A stretch of 64,000 nucleotides of DNA from Blasia pusilla (lineage: Eukaryota), in contig CM114271.1 of NCBI GenBank assembly GCA_050084515.1, positions 14,136,001 through 14,200,000 on the forward strand. Reading direction: 5' to 3'. The position numbers and the translations under genes are program-made. Shown piece after piece: positions 36,233-49,628 of the stretch; the stretch's first letter is position 1; each line of letters begins with the position of its first letter. Below the pieces are notes generated by a model, which searched no databases, had not been told where the DNA came from, and saw nothing but the letters and a program-made list of their open reading frames with translations.

Positions 36233-37683
36233 GAAACCGACGCCGCCGTTTATAGTTCCAGCACCCAGTAGCTATTTTTGGACTCCTGAGCCACACATGC
36301 CAGCAATGAGATTCAAGTCGTCACTGCAAAATTCAGCAAACTTTAAGTAGAGTCCCGCTTGTGATGAGCTCTCTTTCTCTGGAGCATGAACTGAAGCAAA
36401 GTTTTAAGTCAGCGAGAGGAGTGGTTTAGTGTTACAAAAACACGTCACCAAAGACAACGTCAGCTATATCCCGTGGCGGATATCAATCGAGCAAGTCGAA
36501 TCTCTATGGTAGAGTGCGACGGGAGAAGTTCACTCGGAATAAATTTTTACGTAGATCTTCTTGTTTTTGCACATGCATTCCGATTGGATCCTTTTAGAAT
36601 TTCTCACTAAAGAACAGCAAACACTGGAAGTTTCTTGTTGCAGGATAGTTTTCTATAATCGATTACCAATATCAGAACGATTGCTTACCCAACTGTCACC
36701 TCCGGCCCTTGGATGAGTGTTCACTCATTCTTCTGTGACGAAACAATCAACTACTGGTCTGAATGACTATTGTTTAAGCCATCGGCGCAAGACACGGGGT
36801 TGTGAGTCCAACAAGTGGATCATGCTAAGGCTGTACCCATTACCCAAAAAATCATCCAACTCCTTATTCTGTCTTTCCCTTCTATCGTCCATAAACAAGT
36901 GTTTGATGTACATACACATTCCGCTGGTTTTGTCCATCAGAGTAGACACTTGCAGATCCTTAGAAAATAGGTTTGGTCCCATTTTTTTTAGCTTGCCCAG
37001 CTTTTCATTCAAATATATGCTCTTCGTTAGGTTTTGAATAATCCTCGAATCTGTCTACGCATGTACAATAGAAGTTTGGAACTTCATTGGTATCCCAAAT
37101 TATCCTTGTTCTTGTTTTTCTATCAAAGCATCCTGTAGGCTTGTGCTTGCACCCCATGCCCTACCCTACTTAATGGTGTCATGACATACTCTCAATTTTG
37201 AAATGGAGATGTTGGCTCTGCACTTTTCTTCCAATCTAAGGCTTGCTTGGCAAACTCTCTATCCCTTCACATCGACATGGCGTGCAAGTGTCTGCATTGC
37301 CCTATCCTGCCTAATCTAGTGACCTTTCAATCTGGACAAGACACCGCCCACTATTTGAGGTGGTGATCTAGTTTTAACTAGTATATACTAAAGAACTCAT
37401 TGTGAGGCCAATACTCATGTCCAAAATTGTCAAGCAATCATTGTCATTCTTAGTTCCACTTCATCAAAGAGTTTTACTTTGTTGTATGTAAATTTCACGT
37501 GTAGTTGCAGTTGGCTTCTGAGAACTGGACAACTCTTACCTCAACCAGCAAACTTACAAATGAATGGATGAAATAAGTATTTGTTAAGTGTGAATTTCCA
37601 TTCCCAAGAAATTCATGGAAAAAAGGAAATAATTTATTTATATATAATAATGAGCTATCTTATATGGACAATAAGAAAATAAT

Positions 37684-38830
37684 TTAATTAGATAATAATG
37701 GATAAGAAGTTGGAACACTTGAAGCAGTTTGTAAAGTTCCAGAAACCATGACAATAGGAGTTATCTGAGCCCTACTGAAGCCATTGGCCGCCCTATCTAT
37801 AGACACTTCCATCATCGATATCCCAAGATATTGGAAAGAGGAAAAGCTTGCACGAGCCGACGGGTACTCCCCATGGATGATGAAGCTGGCTAAGTGAGCA
37901 GTCCCATAGAGTGTTCCAAATTCCATGTAGCCACTAGTCATGGGATTTTCGTGCAGGCTCGATCCACTCACACCTAATAACTTCTGATCCTGCACCATTG
38001 CTAGAGGCATCATGTGTGACAACGAAGAAACGTGTTGTGTGGTAAACCCAACTTGGGCAGCTTTCTGAATGAGAGCTACATATGCCTGTATTTGAGGGAT
38101 ATATTGGTTTGGAAATTTTGGTTGAGATAAGGTGCCCTGAGGCATGTGCTCAATAATTCTAGGCTGAGCTTGTGGAGATAGGCCTATGGATGCCTATGAC
38201 CTTTGCCCGGTAGCTCTCCTACCTCCATATTGTATATTCATGCTATTTTGTGCCTGAATTGGAAGGCCAAAATCAGTGATCGCAACACATAGAGCTGATG
38301 CCTAGTAAATCCCATGCTCTTCTGCCGAGGTGGTTGCAGCTGATGTTGCAGCTTCTGTTTAGAAAGTTGTTGATGTGCTACTTGTTGTTGTTGTTGTGCC
38401 TTCAATTGCTATTGTTGTGTCTGTTGTTGTTGCTACTACTGCAGCAACTCCTGTTTATGTTGTTGAAGTAAAAGTTGTTGTTGTTGTAGCCGTTGCTACA
38501 ACATTTCTTGTTGTTGCATTTGCTCCTGCTGTTGTTATTGATGTTGCTTATGTTGTCCCATAGAGTTAAGTCACAAGAATTTAGGCATCGGCTCATGTTG
38601 ACAGACTTGTTTTATGTGAAGAATTTTGAATGTTTGGAGTTTTATTTGCCATTGAATGACAATTTCCTACTGCGTTGTAAAATCTTCTCTTGATATTGAT
38701 GTTGTTGATGCTTTTGTAAGTGTTTCTCATGTTGTGTTAATTGTTGCTGCTGTAGCATATGCTTCTGGTATTGTAGTTGTTGATGATGATGGTGTGATTG
38801 CTGAAAAGAGCCTACAATGAAACCCTCCAA
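37684..38830 (-). other. Degenerate Gln/Asn-rich low-complexity region (CAA-type triplet repeats on minus strand)
   Basis: TTG/TGT/TGC runs at 38330-38800; minus-strand ORFs rich in Q, H or N, and a P/Q-rich ORF at 37684-38145. Confidence 0.45.
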
Positions 38831-40668
38831 TTTTTGAGATGGTAAACTTTGCCTGAATCATGGGTATGTTCCATTGCATTAGAGATATCGAACTCGAATG
38901 AGCTTGGTTGGTTAGATACATCATGGTTAGAAGATGTAAGAGAGGAGAAAGAGTAGAGGTATTTGGAATGTGTGGTGAATTGAGCCTTTAGAGTTGTGGG
39001 TAAAGCTGGAAAGGTCACAAAAACCCGTGGTTTATGCTTATTTCTAAGTATTTACGTCCTATCCTTGCATAGGGTCGTGCTAATCTTCTCTGTATCATAC
39101 CAATTCAGTCGGATGTGAGACTTATGGAGTAGTGCGTATTGTAACATATGAGAGGAGAGGGATTCTCATATAGTGTGAGTGTAGGTATGGCCAAGTGTAT
39201 GACTAAACACATCAACTATCATATCGTAGCCTTATGAACATTGAGTCTGGCTGGACTGTGTCAATGGGGAGTGGATGGAGGGAGGGATAGAAGAGAAGAA
39301 GGAAGTCATTTTGTGGAGGAGGCTATTTCTCTCAAAGTGTGAATGTTGAGTGGGCCATTGTAAGAGTCTAATCCAATATGGCATTGTCTCTTAGAGATGA
39401 TTCAAGTTTGGGAACACAAAGTGAGAGTTGAGACACATACATCAGGCATTTGCTTCATTGCACATACAACAAAGGTATTCTACAATAAGTTGTTGGTTTT
39501 TTGTTGAAGGATGTATCCAAGTTTTCATGTGCGCGAGGGAGATAGGCCTCCACAGCAAGGCCAACCACCTTCTATAGAGGAGCATCATGATGATCTACCT
39601 ATTCAACTCCATATTCACTTGCGAGGTAGATCAAGATTGCCTACTCTGGTTCAATGTATGAGATGTTTGTCGAGTGAACTTCAAGTGATCATATGTGGAC
39701 TTCATGCTCGTCACTATTGGTATTGGTATTGGCATGAACGTGTTGAGAACTGGCATTTTCATGCAGAAGCGCGCCTCACGAGTGAATGATCATTCCAACT
39801 CAATGTGGGAATAACATAATCTCGGATTGTCACTTTAGTGATGAATTTTTCTTGTGTTGTTTTGGGAGTTAAAGTACTAATAATGATGTGAGAAATCATC
39901 AGAGTGTGCTTGTATGATTTTAGTGGAGTGTGGAATCAAGCATATCTACTCAACTCTTGAAGGTAGAGAAGAAGTGGAGTGAAGATATGGATGTCATTAA
40001 AGGCCAACTTGAGGAGAAATTGGAGAAGAACCAATTGCAATTAGAAGAGAAGATGGCCAAGAACCAAACTTTGATTGAGGAGAAGTTGGAAAAACACCAG
40101 AAACAGCACAATGAGGCGTTCTCCATGCTTGTTGAAATGATCAACAAGCTATCAGAGAAGAAGAGAATGCAATCATCTACATCAAGAGACCGCATTCCTG
40201 ATGAAGGGGAGGGTACTTGGGTAAGACATGATCACTTGCATGGTTTCATTTTGGATCTTTCAAGGTATTCTTGAATAGCTGATCAGATTTCCGTGTTCTG
40301 TATATAGCAGGCCGTGTTGGTGTTGAGGTAGAGAAGGTGAAAGTTGCAGAAATTGGTGGTGGTACTTACAAAGAGATGTTGAGAGAGTCAGATGGGCATG
40401 ATCAACCATTGCGGAGTGGTAAGTGTTGAAGGTTGATGATAAACTCTTTGTTGATTATACAGAAGTACATATATTTGAATATGGTTGTACTAAATGGATG
40501 TTCTTGCTTGTGTGATAGTTAGGAAAACTTCTAAAGTGAAGGTGTGCGCCCCTTCATGAGTGGCTCCCATGTGTGTTAGATACTTTTGGGACTCTAGTTA
40601 GGTGAGTAGAAGGAGCTAGAACAACAATCTGCAATTTAAATGGGATCATTGGTACCATTCGGACCAAG

Positions 40669-41080
40669 ATGGTGGCAGCTCACACATCAGATTGGGATAG
40701 GAAATTAGCTTCAGCTGTCCATGCTTACAACACAGCTGAGAAGAGCACCACAGGGAAAAGTCCCTACTTCTTGGTGTATGGGCATAACCCTCTCTCGGTA
40801 GTAGAGTTGGAGTTGAAGACTGATCATACTCTAGAAGGGCACTTCCAACCTAAAGGTGGCATAGATAGCACGTTGGATATGATTGATGCCCTAGAGGAGG
40901 AGAGAAAGGCAGCATTAGAGAAGACCAAGGCCGTTTCAAAGCAACAAAGGAAGATGAGGTTTGATAACCGAATACTGCATGATCCAGTGAAGGAGGGGAC
41001 ATGGTGCTGATGTATGATAGTCGACCCCAAAAGTTTCCAAGAAAGCTACACATTCGACTGCTTAGGCCTTATCAGGTGAG
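40669..41080 (+). pseudogene. Gypsy integrase C-terminal remnant (unrelated family)
   Basis: DWDRKLASAVHAYNTAEKSTTGKSPYFLVYG, then KL....L.PYQV (GPY/F-like). Confidence 0.8.
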
Positions 41081-41515
41081 GAGCAGCAGGGAAGTAATGA
41101 GGAGGTGAGGAGCAGCAGGGAAGTAATGAGATCAGGTGAGGAGCTGAGGAGCAGCAGGGAAGTAATGAGATCAGGTGAGATCAGGTGAGGAGCAGCAGGG
41201 AAGTAATGAGGAGGTGAGGAGGAGCAGGGAAGTAATGAGATCAGGTGAGGAGCAGCAAGGAAGTAATGAGGAGGTGAGGAGGAGCAGGGAAGTAATGAGA
41301 TCAGGTGAGGAGCAGCAGGGAAGTAATGAGATCAGGTGAGATCAGGTGAGGAGCAGCAAGGAAGTAATGAGATCAGGTGAGATCAGGTGAGGAGCTGAGG
41401 AGCAGCAAGGAAGTAATGAGATCAGGTGAGATCAGGTGAGGAGCAGCATGGAAGTAATGAGGAGCTGAGGAGCAGCAGGGAAGTAATGAGATCAGGTGAG
41501 ATCAGGTGAGGAGCA
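41071..41515 (+). repeat. Purine-rich minisatellite, ~28-51-bp variant units
   Basis: Core (ATCAGGTGAG)n-GAGCAGCAGGGAAGTAATGAG repeated about 12 times with modular variants. Confidence 0.95.
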
Positions 41516-43089
41516 TCCAAGGGAAGCTCGAACCAGCTTGAGAAGAAGCAAGCTTGGGAAATGCTAGTTAGAACAGGTTCAGAAGTAGATGAGGTCGAAA
41601 TTTCAGGCAGTAGATGCTTAGGGGGAGGTAGATTTGTAGGAAGGTAGGAACCCAGAATGCGAGAGAAACCCAAGGAAGAAGTCTGGTAAGTGATAAGAGT
41701 TAGTGAGTGGAGAGAGAGAGAGGGTCATGCTTGAGCTCCCCTATAGGTAGAAGACCATGGGCTTAGCCTGTTAAGTCTCCTACTACCTGAACAAGAAGGG
41801 AGAACAGCGGATCAGCAAGGTAGGAGGAGAAGAAGAAGGTGATTGCACTACTTGATCAGTTAGGAGTTGGGTGTACTTTAGAGGATGCCTTGGTACATTC
41901 AACTAGTCCAAGGCAGCACATTGAAGGACCTTATGCTGCCCTGGTCATCCTTGACTGTGAATTCTAAGTAGAGTGTGCTTGTTGGGTTCCACTGGCCACT
42001 CCACTCAAAGCACTCAAGAGGAAGGAAGGAGTTTTGGTTAGTAGGGTGAGGATAGGATTGTGATACTGAAGTGGAGAGAGTTCCTCCAGCCTCTTAAGGT
42101 AAAGAGGTGGGGTTTGATGAGTTAAGGAGTACATCTTGTAGATCTTGATCTTCTGATCTGGCCCTAAGCTCTTACATGCGACCGAACTGGTGGAACTAGC
42201 AACATTTTCACCTGGGTTGTGTGCTGGCCATGTATTACCTGGTGAGACAGAAGGTATCTTCCCCATTAGAAAAAATTGGAGGTTCAACCCCAACTGGTCT
42301 ATGTCTTTCCTTTTTTTATTACATCCTGATTGGTATGATTTTCATGCAGACTAAACATTGCAATTATGGTCTTTGACACCATTAGTTCAAGACTAACTCT
42401 CAAAATGTGCAGATTCCATCCTTGTGGAGCACTTTCATGGAAATGATATTCCTCCGGGAATAGTGCGAGTGGAACTCAAGACTGTCCATCTTGCTTTTTT
42501 GGATCATAAGTTGTGGAAGCCAAATGAGCATGACTTTCCACCTCAATACACCTTGGGTGATGCTCTTGGGGCTTCAATTCTCTAACCTAAAATGAACTTG
42601 AAGAAAGTTGTACATTAGAGCATCCCTCTAGTCGTAGATATGGTTCGGTTAGTAATACTTGCTGATGTTTTGTTTCGGATACAATTTTGACAGTGTACCA
42701 ACACTAGAATTTAGTCTACATGAAGTTATCTTTGTGATATAAAATGGGCCATTTTTTTAATCATTTCTATATGCATGCCCTTGCATTTCTATCTAGCTAT
42801 GTTTCTCACTTCTTCCCAATGTTTGAGATGATATCATGTCCCTACTCACTCCTCGCCTCACTCTCTTTCAATCTGAAACTTGTTAGTAGGAGTAGAACTA
42901 GCTAATAAATAGAAAGTATTCTCTGTTAGATTTTCTTTCTTGTCTTTCTTCATTCAAGGTTGTAAGCTTGAGACAGGGAAGGGTTTTGTATATGGGGCAT
43001 CATATCCTATTTGAATGCCATACCTCAAGTATCTTCCCCTAATCTCCTGGAGATAATGAACATCAAATAATGTAAAGTTGTCATACACT

Positions 43090-43882
43090 ATAGTAAGTCA
43101 TATCAAAGAAACTGAATCATTTACAAGAGTCATATATGTCTATCTTATGTCATTTTTTTGAATCAAATTGATCAATATGACTCAGTCATATTTTATGACA
43201 TAGTCATCATGAGTCATTTCAGAAAGATCTGAATCTTCTATGTGACTCATTCATATTTTATGACTCAAGAACACAATCATTCATACAAATAAAAAAGATC
43301 AATATGACCCAAATGATCATAATGACTAACTTTTAGGTGACCTATATGACTGAATATATGACTCATGTATCACGACTCGGTCATTTTAACAAATTTTGGT
43401 AACCTCTATGACTTGGTATATGAATCAGTCATTTAAACCATCCAAGTGATTTATATGACTGAGAAGGCATCACCACCAAGTCATTTAGACCATCAGAGTG
43501 ATAGATATGACTCAGTCATAGATCATAACTAAGTCATTTTGACCAATCCAAATGATGAATATGACTAAGTCATAATTTATCATTGCCACGTGTCAACATA
43601 TAATTGTTTTCTTCGAGTCATTGCCATGTCACATGCTGACATGGCTATTGGAATATATGACTACATTCTATCATATGTTGCTTGATGATGTGTGAGTCAT
43701 TGTTAATAATGACTAGCCGAAATATTGATTAGAGTTATCCCAAAATGACTCTAGTCATGGCATGGTATATGACTAGGCTTTTATGACTCCATGAGTCATC
43801 AGTCATTGTCAATCATTTACGGACATATATGACTAACATAAGTCATATAAGCCAGTCATAAAAACCAAGATTTGTTCTAGTG
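43090..43882. repeat. CACTA right subterminal repeat array and TIR
   Basis: Same motifs as the left array, ending TAGTG. Confidence 0.85.
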
Positions 43883-43960
43883 CTACGTGTCACAAAGAGA
43901 ACCAAGTTTTGAAATGTGCAGGTCTCAACCTATGGATCCAAGACTTGCAGTGGAGGAAGG

Positions 43961-46900
43961 TGTCACATCTTAGTTTGACGTAGGTAGAGTTCTATCGCGT
44001 CAACGGCATAGAGAGTCGGCGGTTTGTTCGGGTGTAACTTCATCCCGAGATGTTCGATGAGGTTGGCGACAAGTCTGTTGTGTTGGGAACCTCGTTTATG
44101 GCGATTTCCCTATTTTGGTTTTAGCCTGAGAGGTGACTTGTTGAACGAATCAATGGCCACCCGGTAATCTGTGCATGCAGGTTACCGTTTGGAGGGCTAT
44201 TTTTGGGAGAAGAGCCTTTTGGCTCTTCCCCCAAGGGTATAAGAGTGAGGGAGATGGCTTTGTCAAGCCATCTTTCTCATGTTGAGCCTTAGGAGCGCCT
44301 CTCTTGCATAGACGTATGTGGATATGTAGGAGTTAGGGTGCTAGCGTCTGGATTCCCTCATAGTAGAGGATGGATGTGGTTCGATATGCCGATGTAGATT
44401 CATGAGTGGAGTTTTAGGCCGGATGAGCCATTTTTACTACTCTTTGATTTTGCATGAAAAAGATGCGAAGGGGTAGGGAATTTGTTGTTTGCAGGTAGGC
44501 AAGCGAGTTGCCTCGGTGGGGAGCCCTGGAGACGCGTGTGTGGCGTTTTATGTGTTGTTTTATGTTTGGAAGGTTGTGCGCGGAAGCGCTGTCCATTTTG
44601 CCTAGATTTTGCTAGTGCGGGTTCACAGGGGACAACAACAGAGTGTAGCGTGACGTATGGCATCAGATGTATGCGACCGAGTGTCTTGAGAGAAGGCGGG
44701 AAAAGACATTAGGGCTTGCAACCGTCAAGGGGTTGTCAAGTAAAGTCGGCCACAACTAGATTGTAGTTGCCTAGGCCTAGGGTTAGGTCCTATGTATAGG
44801 GCAGGAGTATAGGCGTATGAGTCACGAGTACAAGAGTACAAGTTCAAGTAGGCCAAAGACACTAACAAGGAAGAGTCGGGCGTCATAGGGTCACGTACCG
44901 CAGGGAGTTAAGGCAAGAGAGAGGCTGGACGACCGGAAGGGCGAGTGTCGCTTTAAGACGGGGTGGCAAGAATCAAGGCCGGGAATAGGGCGGCGAGCCA
45001 GACATGGTTCGGGTCGGACGTGGTTGAGTTGAGTTACGTAGTGGGAGAGCGTTGGTGACACTTAGTGTTTCGCGAGCATGGTGGGATTCAGGATGGGAGT
45101 TTGGCAGTTATTACGAGTCGATTGGGGGTCGACTCATAAGTTCCTCACCGACTGGGAATTTCCAGGGTTGTAATGGGGACACACGCGCCGACGCTGACGG
45201 GAGGTTTGACGTGTTGATTGAGGAGGGTGTCGTGTTGCGGAGGTTGTCAAATCAAATGGAGGAGTGAGTGTTGATGGTGCCATAGGTAGGAGGGCGTGAT
45301 CAAGTTACCCATTCGAGTCCTTTTCCCGCATTTATCTTATGTGATTGAGAGTGCTGGGTGTCGGATAGTTGCTGGGGCTAGATGGATGTAGCGATGGTGA
45401 CGAGTGTAGTCTCCATGCATGTGTAGCATGTTTGTGGATATACAGCGGTTGCCAAGTAGGGGTCACGTGTATGATCCGAGAGTGTTAGTGGTTTAGGTGA
45501 GCTAGTTTGGAGGCTCATGGTGAGCCTGAGTGTTGAGTGTGCGTGAGGCCAGGTGTGTCATCACGGGGTTACCATTGGCATAGATGAGCTAGTGAGGAGC
45601 ACGAGAGACTCTTGGTGAGTCTGAGTGTTTGAGCAAGTGAGACATGATGATCATCACGGCGTTCTTCCAAGGATGGGAAGAACGGGGTATTTTGAGTAGT
45701 AGTGGTGGTGTGACACGGAGTGGAGTGAGATACCGAGGGGTTACGAGTGAGGATCCGCCTCGACTTCCATCCGTGGCTGGATCGTCATCACTGGACACCG
45801 GGTCTAGTGACGAGATCGCAGACGGGGACAGTGTTACGTGGGGAGTGATGGATGACATGGGCCACCAGGGCATGCGTCATTTCTCGGATGCAGCAGGCAC
45901 AATAGATTTAGATGATTTCATCCTGGAGTTTGACACGTGGTGCAACTTCCAAGAGATACGGACTCCTACGCGGTTCAACCCTTTTATGGCATGAAAGGGG
46001 TTGTTCCAGCATTTGGAGGGTCCGTCGATGGATGATTACATGGAGTTCCGATCTCTATACTCTGTAGAGATCGATGCCTGGAGGGTGTATTGGGCTCCAG
46101 GTTATGTATTTATTAGTGGCCGCGAGGCGTATGATGGGATAGTGAGAGTGGAGAGACCTTCACCATCATCCCGAGAACTCGATGGAAAGGATGACAATGA
46201 GAGTGGTGAGGTGGCAAAAACCTCTCATGGTAGAAGACCATCGAGTTTTAGTCCTACAATGGAGTTCTTCCGACAGTTAGGGAGGAGCTATGAGGGCGTG
46301 CGGACAGACAAGCTGAAGAGTCTACATGATTTTCAACGGAGATCGGTAAGTCTGAGGGAGGCGTTCATGCGTATACGGCGGTTGATGGTTGCCACATATG
46401 AGGTGACTGAGGTGCAGTATTGGTATGGGATGCTGGATGACGAGTTATGGAGGAGAGTTTGAGATGCAATTTTACTTCACACCACGAAGCCCACATTAAA
46501 GGTGATCTTCGAGTTGTCTGGGCGGATAGAGCTCAACAGGAGTGAGGAGCAGGTGGTGACCACGAGATTTCTGCGGGATTCGACGGATTGACGAGTAGGA
46601 GTAGACCCACAAGTATCCCATCATGCACCAGGAGCACTTGAGCAGGCCGGTGGGCCCAGAGAGTAGGGCAGATATCGTGAGCCGATGAGGCAATGGCCCG
46701 TACCGACATATGTTTCCCAAGAGGGACCAAGGTTGGCTTGTTGGACGTGTGGTCAATCACATAGGCATAGGGACTGCCCACAGCATGGGAGAGGACCACG
46801 ATCGCCTTCGATTGCTCAGGAGCCACTAAGGATGGCCCCACCACAATTACAGTGTGATCATTATCACCGATATGGTCACACTAGGGATAGGTGTTATGAT

Positions 46901-49628
46901 CTTCGCCGGGAGGTATGTCTTGAGGTAGGAAGAGGACTTGGGGGCAAGAGAGTTGGTGGATATCGAGTGGTAGATGATCACGGTGGTAGAGTGCCATCAC
47001 CAATCACGGGAGATGGAGGACATGCACCTGATGCAGTGCTTCTTACGCGCATCGATCAGTTGGAGCAGAGGATTTTTCGCGACCCTCATGACCAAACGAG
47101 TGCCAAGCAGAACATCGGAACATTAGCGGGCTCACGCTAAGATGGTTTGGGCATTGGAGTAGTCTTGAAGAGGAGACAAGAGACAAGACGCAAGCAAGGC
47201 TTTGCGTTTCAGATGTTGTGGTCGCGACCGAGAAACCTGGACCAAACACGGAATGAGACTCGAAAGAAGTCGAGTCTAGAAAGTGGGTTGCCAAAAGGAA
47301 GAATCCGGATTTGGAACGCCACTAGCGTTTGAGAGTTTCCGACTGTATTTATAACCATAACTTTTAGCGTGGAGATGTGTTTGGATTAAATAAGGGTGCG
47401 TTGGAAGGCTTATGGAAAGCCAGTTCAAACGCACTAAAGATTTCTACAAAGCATAACATTCCCTTGGAGAAGGTAGACCCCTGAACATATTTGATTCTAT
47501 TCATGATATGATCACCTCCTATTATCTGCTTCAGGACTGCCATGTCCTGAAGCAGATAATAGGAGCATAAGAAGCAGCTGAGAAACAACCCGGAAACGAC
47601 TGTAAGTGGAGTCGGGTTGAGGAGCTCACACAAGGTCCGTTGAACAGTTGGGATCACTAGGCACGCAAGTGTTGTTTCAAATCCCTGGACTAACCAGGAA
47701 GTCTGTTCCAAGTCTTGAAGGACTTGCCATGTTTTGGAAACTAGGAACTAAGGAAGATTAAGCTTGATGAGACGCCGAGTTGAGGACTCGGTGGGTTGGA
47801 ACGCGGGTTGGCCCAGACCCGACTAACGAGAGTGCGTTTCTGGGTGCAGATTGGCGATGAGATTGTGACCTACTGAACGTACGCTTCCGCAACACTAAAG
47901 ATTGACGTTCAAGGAGAGTAGGGAAGCGACAGGATTGGTGCCATGATGATGATGCAACTACAGGTAGGCACAGAGTTGAGAGTAGCTAGTGTGGCGCCTG
48001 CCTCCACATCATACCACGATGCTGGTGAGGATTCTACGGGGATGGGATTTATGTGCAATGCGGCTCAGGTTGCGGCTGCTACGGTGGTGACTCGGGGTGT
48101 TGCAAGAGTAATTGAGCTATCGAGAGGTGGGGTTGAGACAGGAGGGGACCGATGGGCGGCAGGACAAGATTCCCCAATCCTTCATATTTTCGGAGGCACT
48201 ACATACACTTTTGATGGTGCCTCGATGATCGCCAGTGACCACGGGTGGGACAGTTGCGTCGACATCACAAGGAGTTGGAGAGACAACTCCTACGCCGGCT
48301 CGGGAGGAGCCTGTGTCGACCATGTTGTTGGAGGTGGCCACTAGGATGAGCCACGCTCCGTTGTTTTCCGCCATGGAGTTGGCGATGTCAGGAGTTGGAC
48401 CAGCGGAGGTGTTCCGGGTTGTCTCAACGTTATGTGAGCATGGAGAGGTGACTGCCTCTTGTTCACAGGTAGTTGAGGAGATGGTGGACTTGCCCTCGGA
48501 GCAAGAGCTCGAGACGTCCCCCATTGAATCATGACATGCGAAGGCGGTGAAGTCGGTAGACATGCCAGCTCCACCGGCCATTGACCTAACCATGATCACA
48601 CCAGGTGTGGTATTGTTGGATAACCAAGCAAGAGCGTTTCACTTGGTTAGTCCCACAGGTACGGTGTACCATCCGCATCGCATCCTACTTGATTTGGGAC
48701 CGCAGCCCTTGATGTTAGGGAAGGCGGCGTGTTTGGCGTTGGGATTACGGAAAGGCGACATCGAGCTTTGTCCCTTTCAGATACAAACCTCTATTGGGGG
48801 CATATCACCCACGTAGTTCATGACTCGACAAGAGTTGGTGGTTAGACTCCAGCCAAAGCATGAGTCAAATAGTGCGATGGTGTGCACTCGGGCGATTACG
48901 ACACCGGCAGAGTCATATGATGTGTTGGTAGGGAGTACGGTGTTATATCCCCTTGGTTTCATTCTGGATTTTTGGGAGGAGACAGTTTCTTATCAGCCAG
49001 GGTGGCCATCGGGTGATGGACGGGTGAGCAATCTACCGGTGCAGTTTACGGGAGTTAGTGATTGTCAACCGCGTGAAGATACGATGACCACGTTGGCAGC
49101 ATTCACAGGTTGTGTTCGCTGATCATGAGGGTTTGGGGAGATGAGCACACATGCGGAGGACATTCCTGTAGCGGATAGTCCCACAGAGAGACATGCCAGG
49201 GTGGGTTTCTCTTCCCATAGTGCAGGGTTGCTTTATTGTTGTTGGGGACGAGCGTTAAGATGCGTGGAGTGCAGATGAGCTAGTGAGGCAAGCATGGAGC
49301 CGTGTCTATGTTTAGAGCAGGGTACGAGAATGTTAGATCTCTTCGGAGGGATCAACATTGCGGGTTGCTGTAGTGTGCCAATGTTGCGGGGATGACGGCA
49401 CCGATGGTGCTAGATGTATGTAAGATAGGAGATCTTGTTGGGTATATATGTGTGTGCTATCTGGAGTTAGGGAGACCCAATTGCCAGCTAGGGGGGCGGT
49501 TGTGGGATCCCAGTGTATATGCGTGAGTTCTTTTGGTTATGTGTGGATCTAACCCGTAAGTTGGGGAAGATCGATGTTGTGTGGTGTGTAGATGTTACCA
49601 GCGATGTGGATTTTGTATGTGCACAACA
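43961..49628 (+). mobile_element. Gypsy-type copy 3: A-gag-PR-(DNMT motif I only)-PPT-B, internally deleted
   Basis: TGTCAC...CACAACA, 4-bp TSD AAGG (43957-43960/49629-49632). gag closely similar to copy 2, CWTCGQSHRHRDC, RILLDLGPQP, MLDLFGGINI at 49330, PPT 49490-49496, single B 49500-49628, no second A. Confidence 0.92.
47075..47931. mobile_element. Solo LTR (857 bp) of an unrelated family inserted in gag of copy 3
   Basis: 5-bp TSD GGATT (47070-47074/47932-47936); termini T(T)TCGC..CCC / GGG..GCGACA; internal TATTTATAA (~47346). Gag homology to copy 2 resumes on both sides. Confidence 0.8.

Larger units (their letters stand above)
39930..42610 (+). pseudogene. Putative CACTA ORF2 (TnpA/Tnp1-like) remnants: coiled-coil exon and C-terminal exon
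   Basis: Coiled coil 39930-40220 with a GTAAG donor at 40221. 42430-42610 reads FHGNDIPPGIVRVELKTV..LWKP..YTLGDALGASIL(stop)P, resembling the HG..IP..V...TLGDA.G..I.WP pattern of CACTA ORF2 C-termini, next to the right subterminal array. Confidence 0.55.
15362..43882. mobile_element. Putative CACTA/EnSpm element (non-autonomous, ~28.5 kb including nested Gypsy copy 2)
   Basis: Left end CACTAAAACAAAT, right end ATTTGTTCTAGTG (rc CACTAGAACAAAT). Both ends have dense ATGACT/AGTCAT subterminal arrays (15362-~16080, ~43090-43882). Flanks CAA/CTA give a 2/3 TSD match. The two ends could belong to separate copies. Confidence 0.6.

Noticed and set aside
41071-41515. CRISPR-like array
   Set aside because: No unique spacers, the units are permutations of the same modules, the context is eukaryotic and there are no cas genes.
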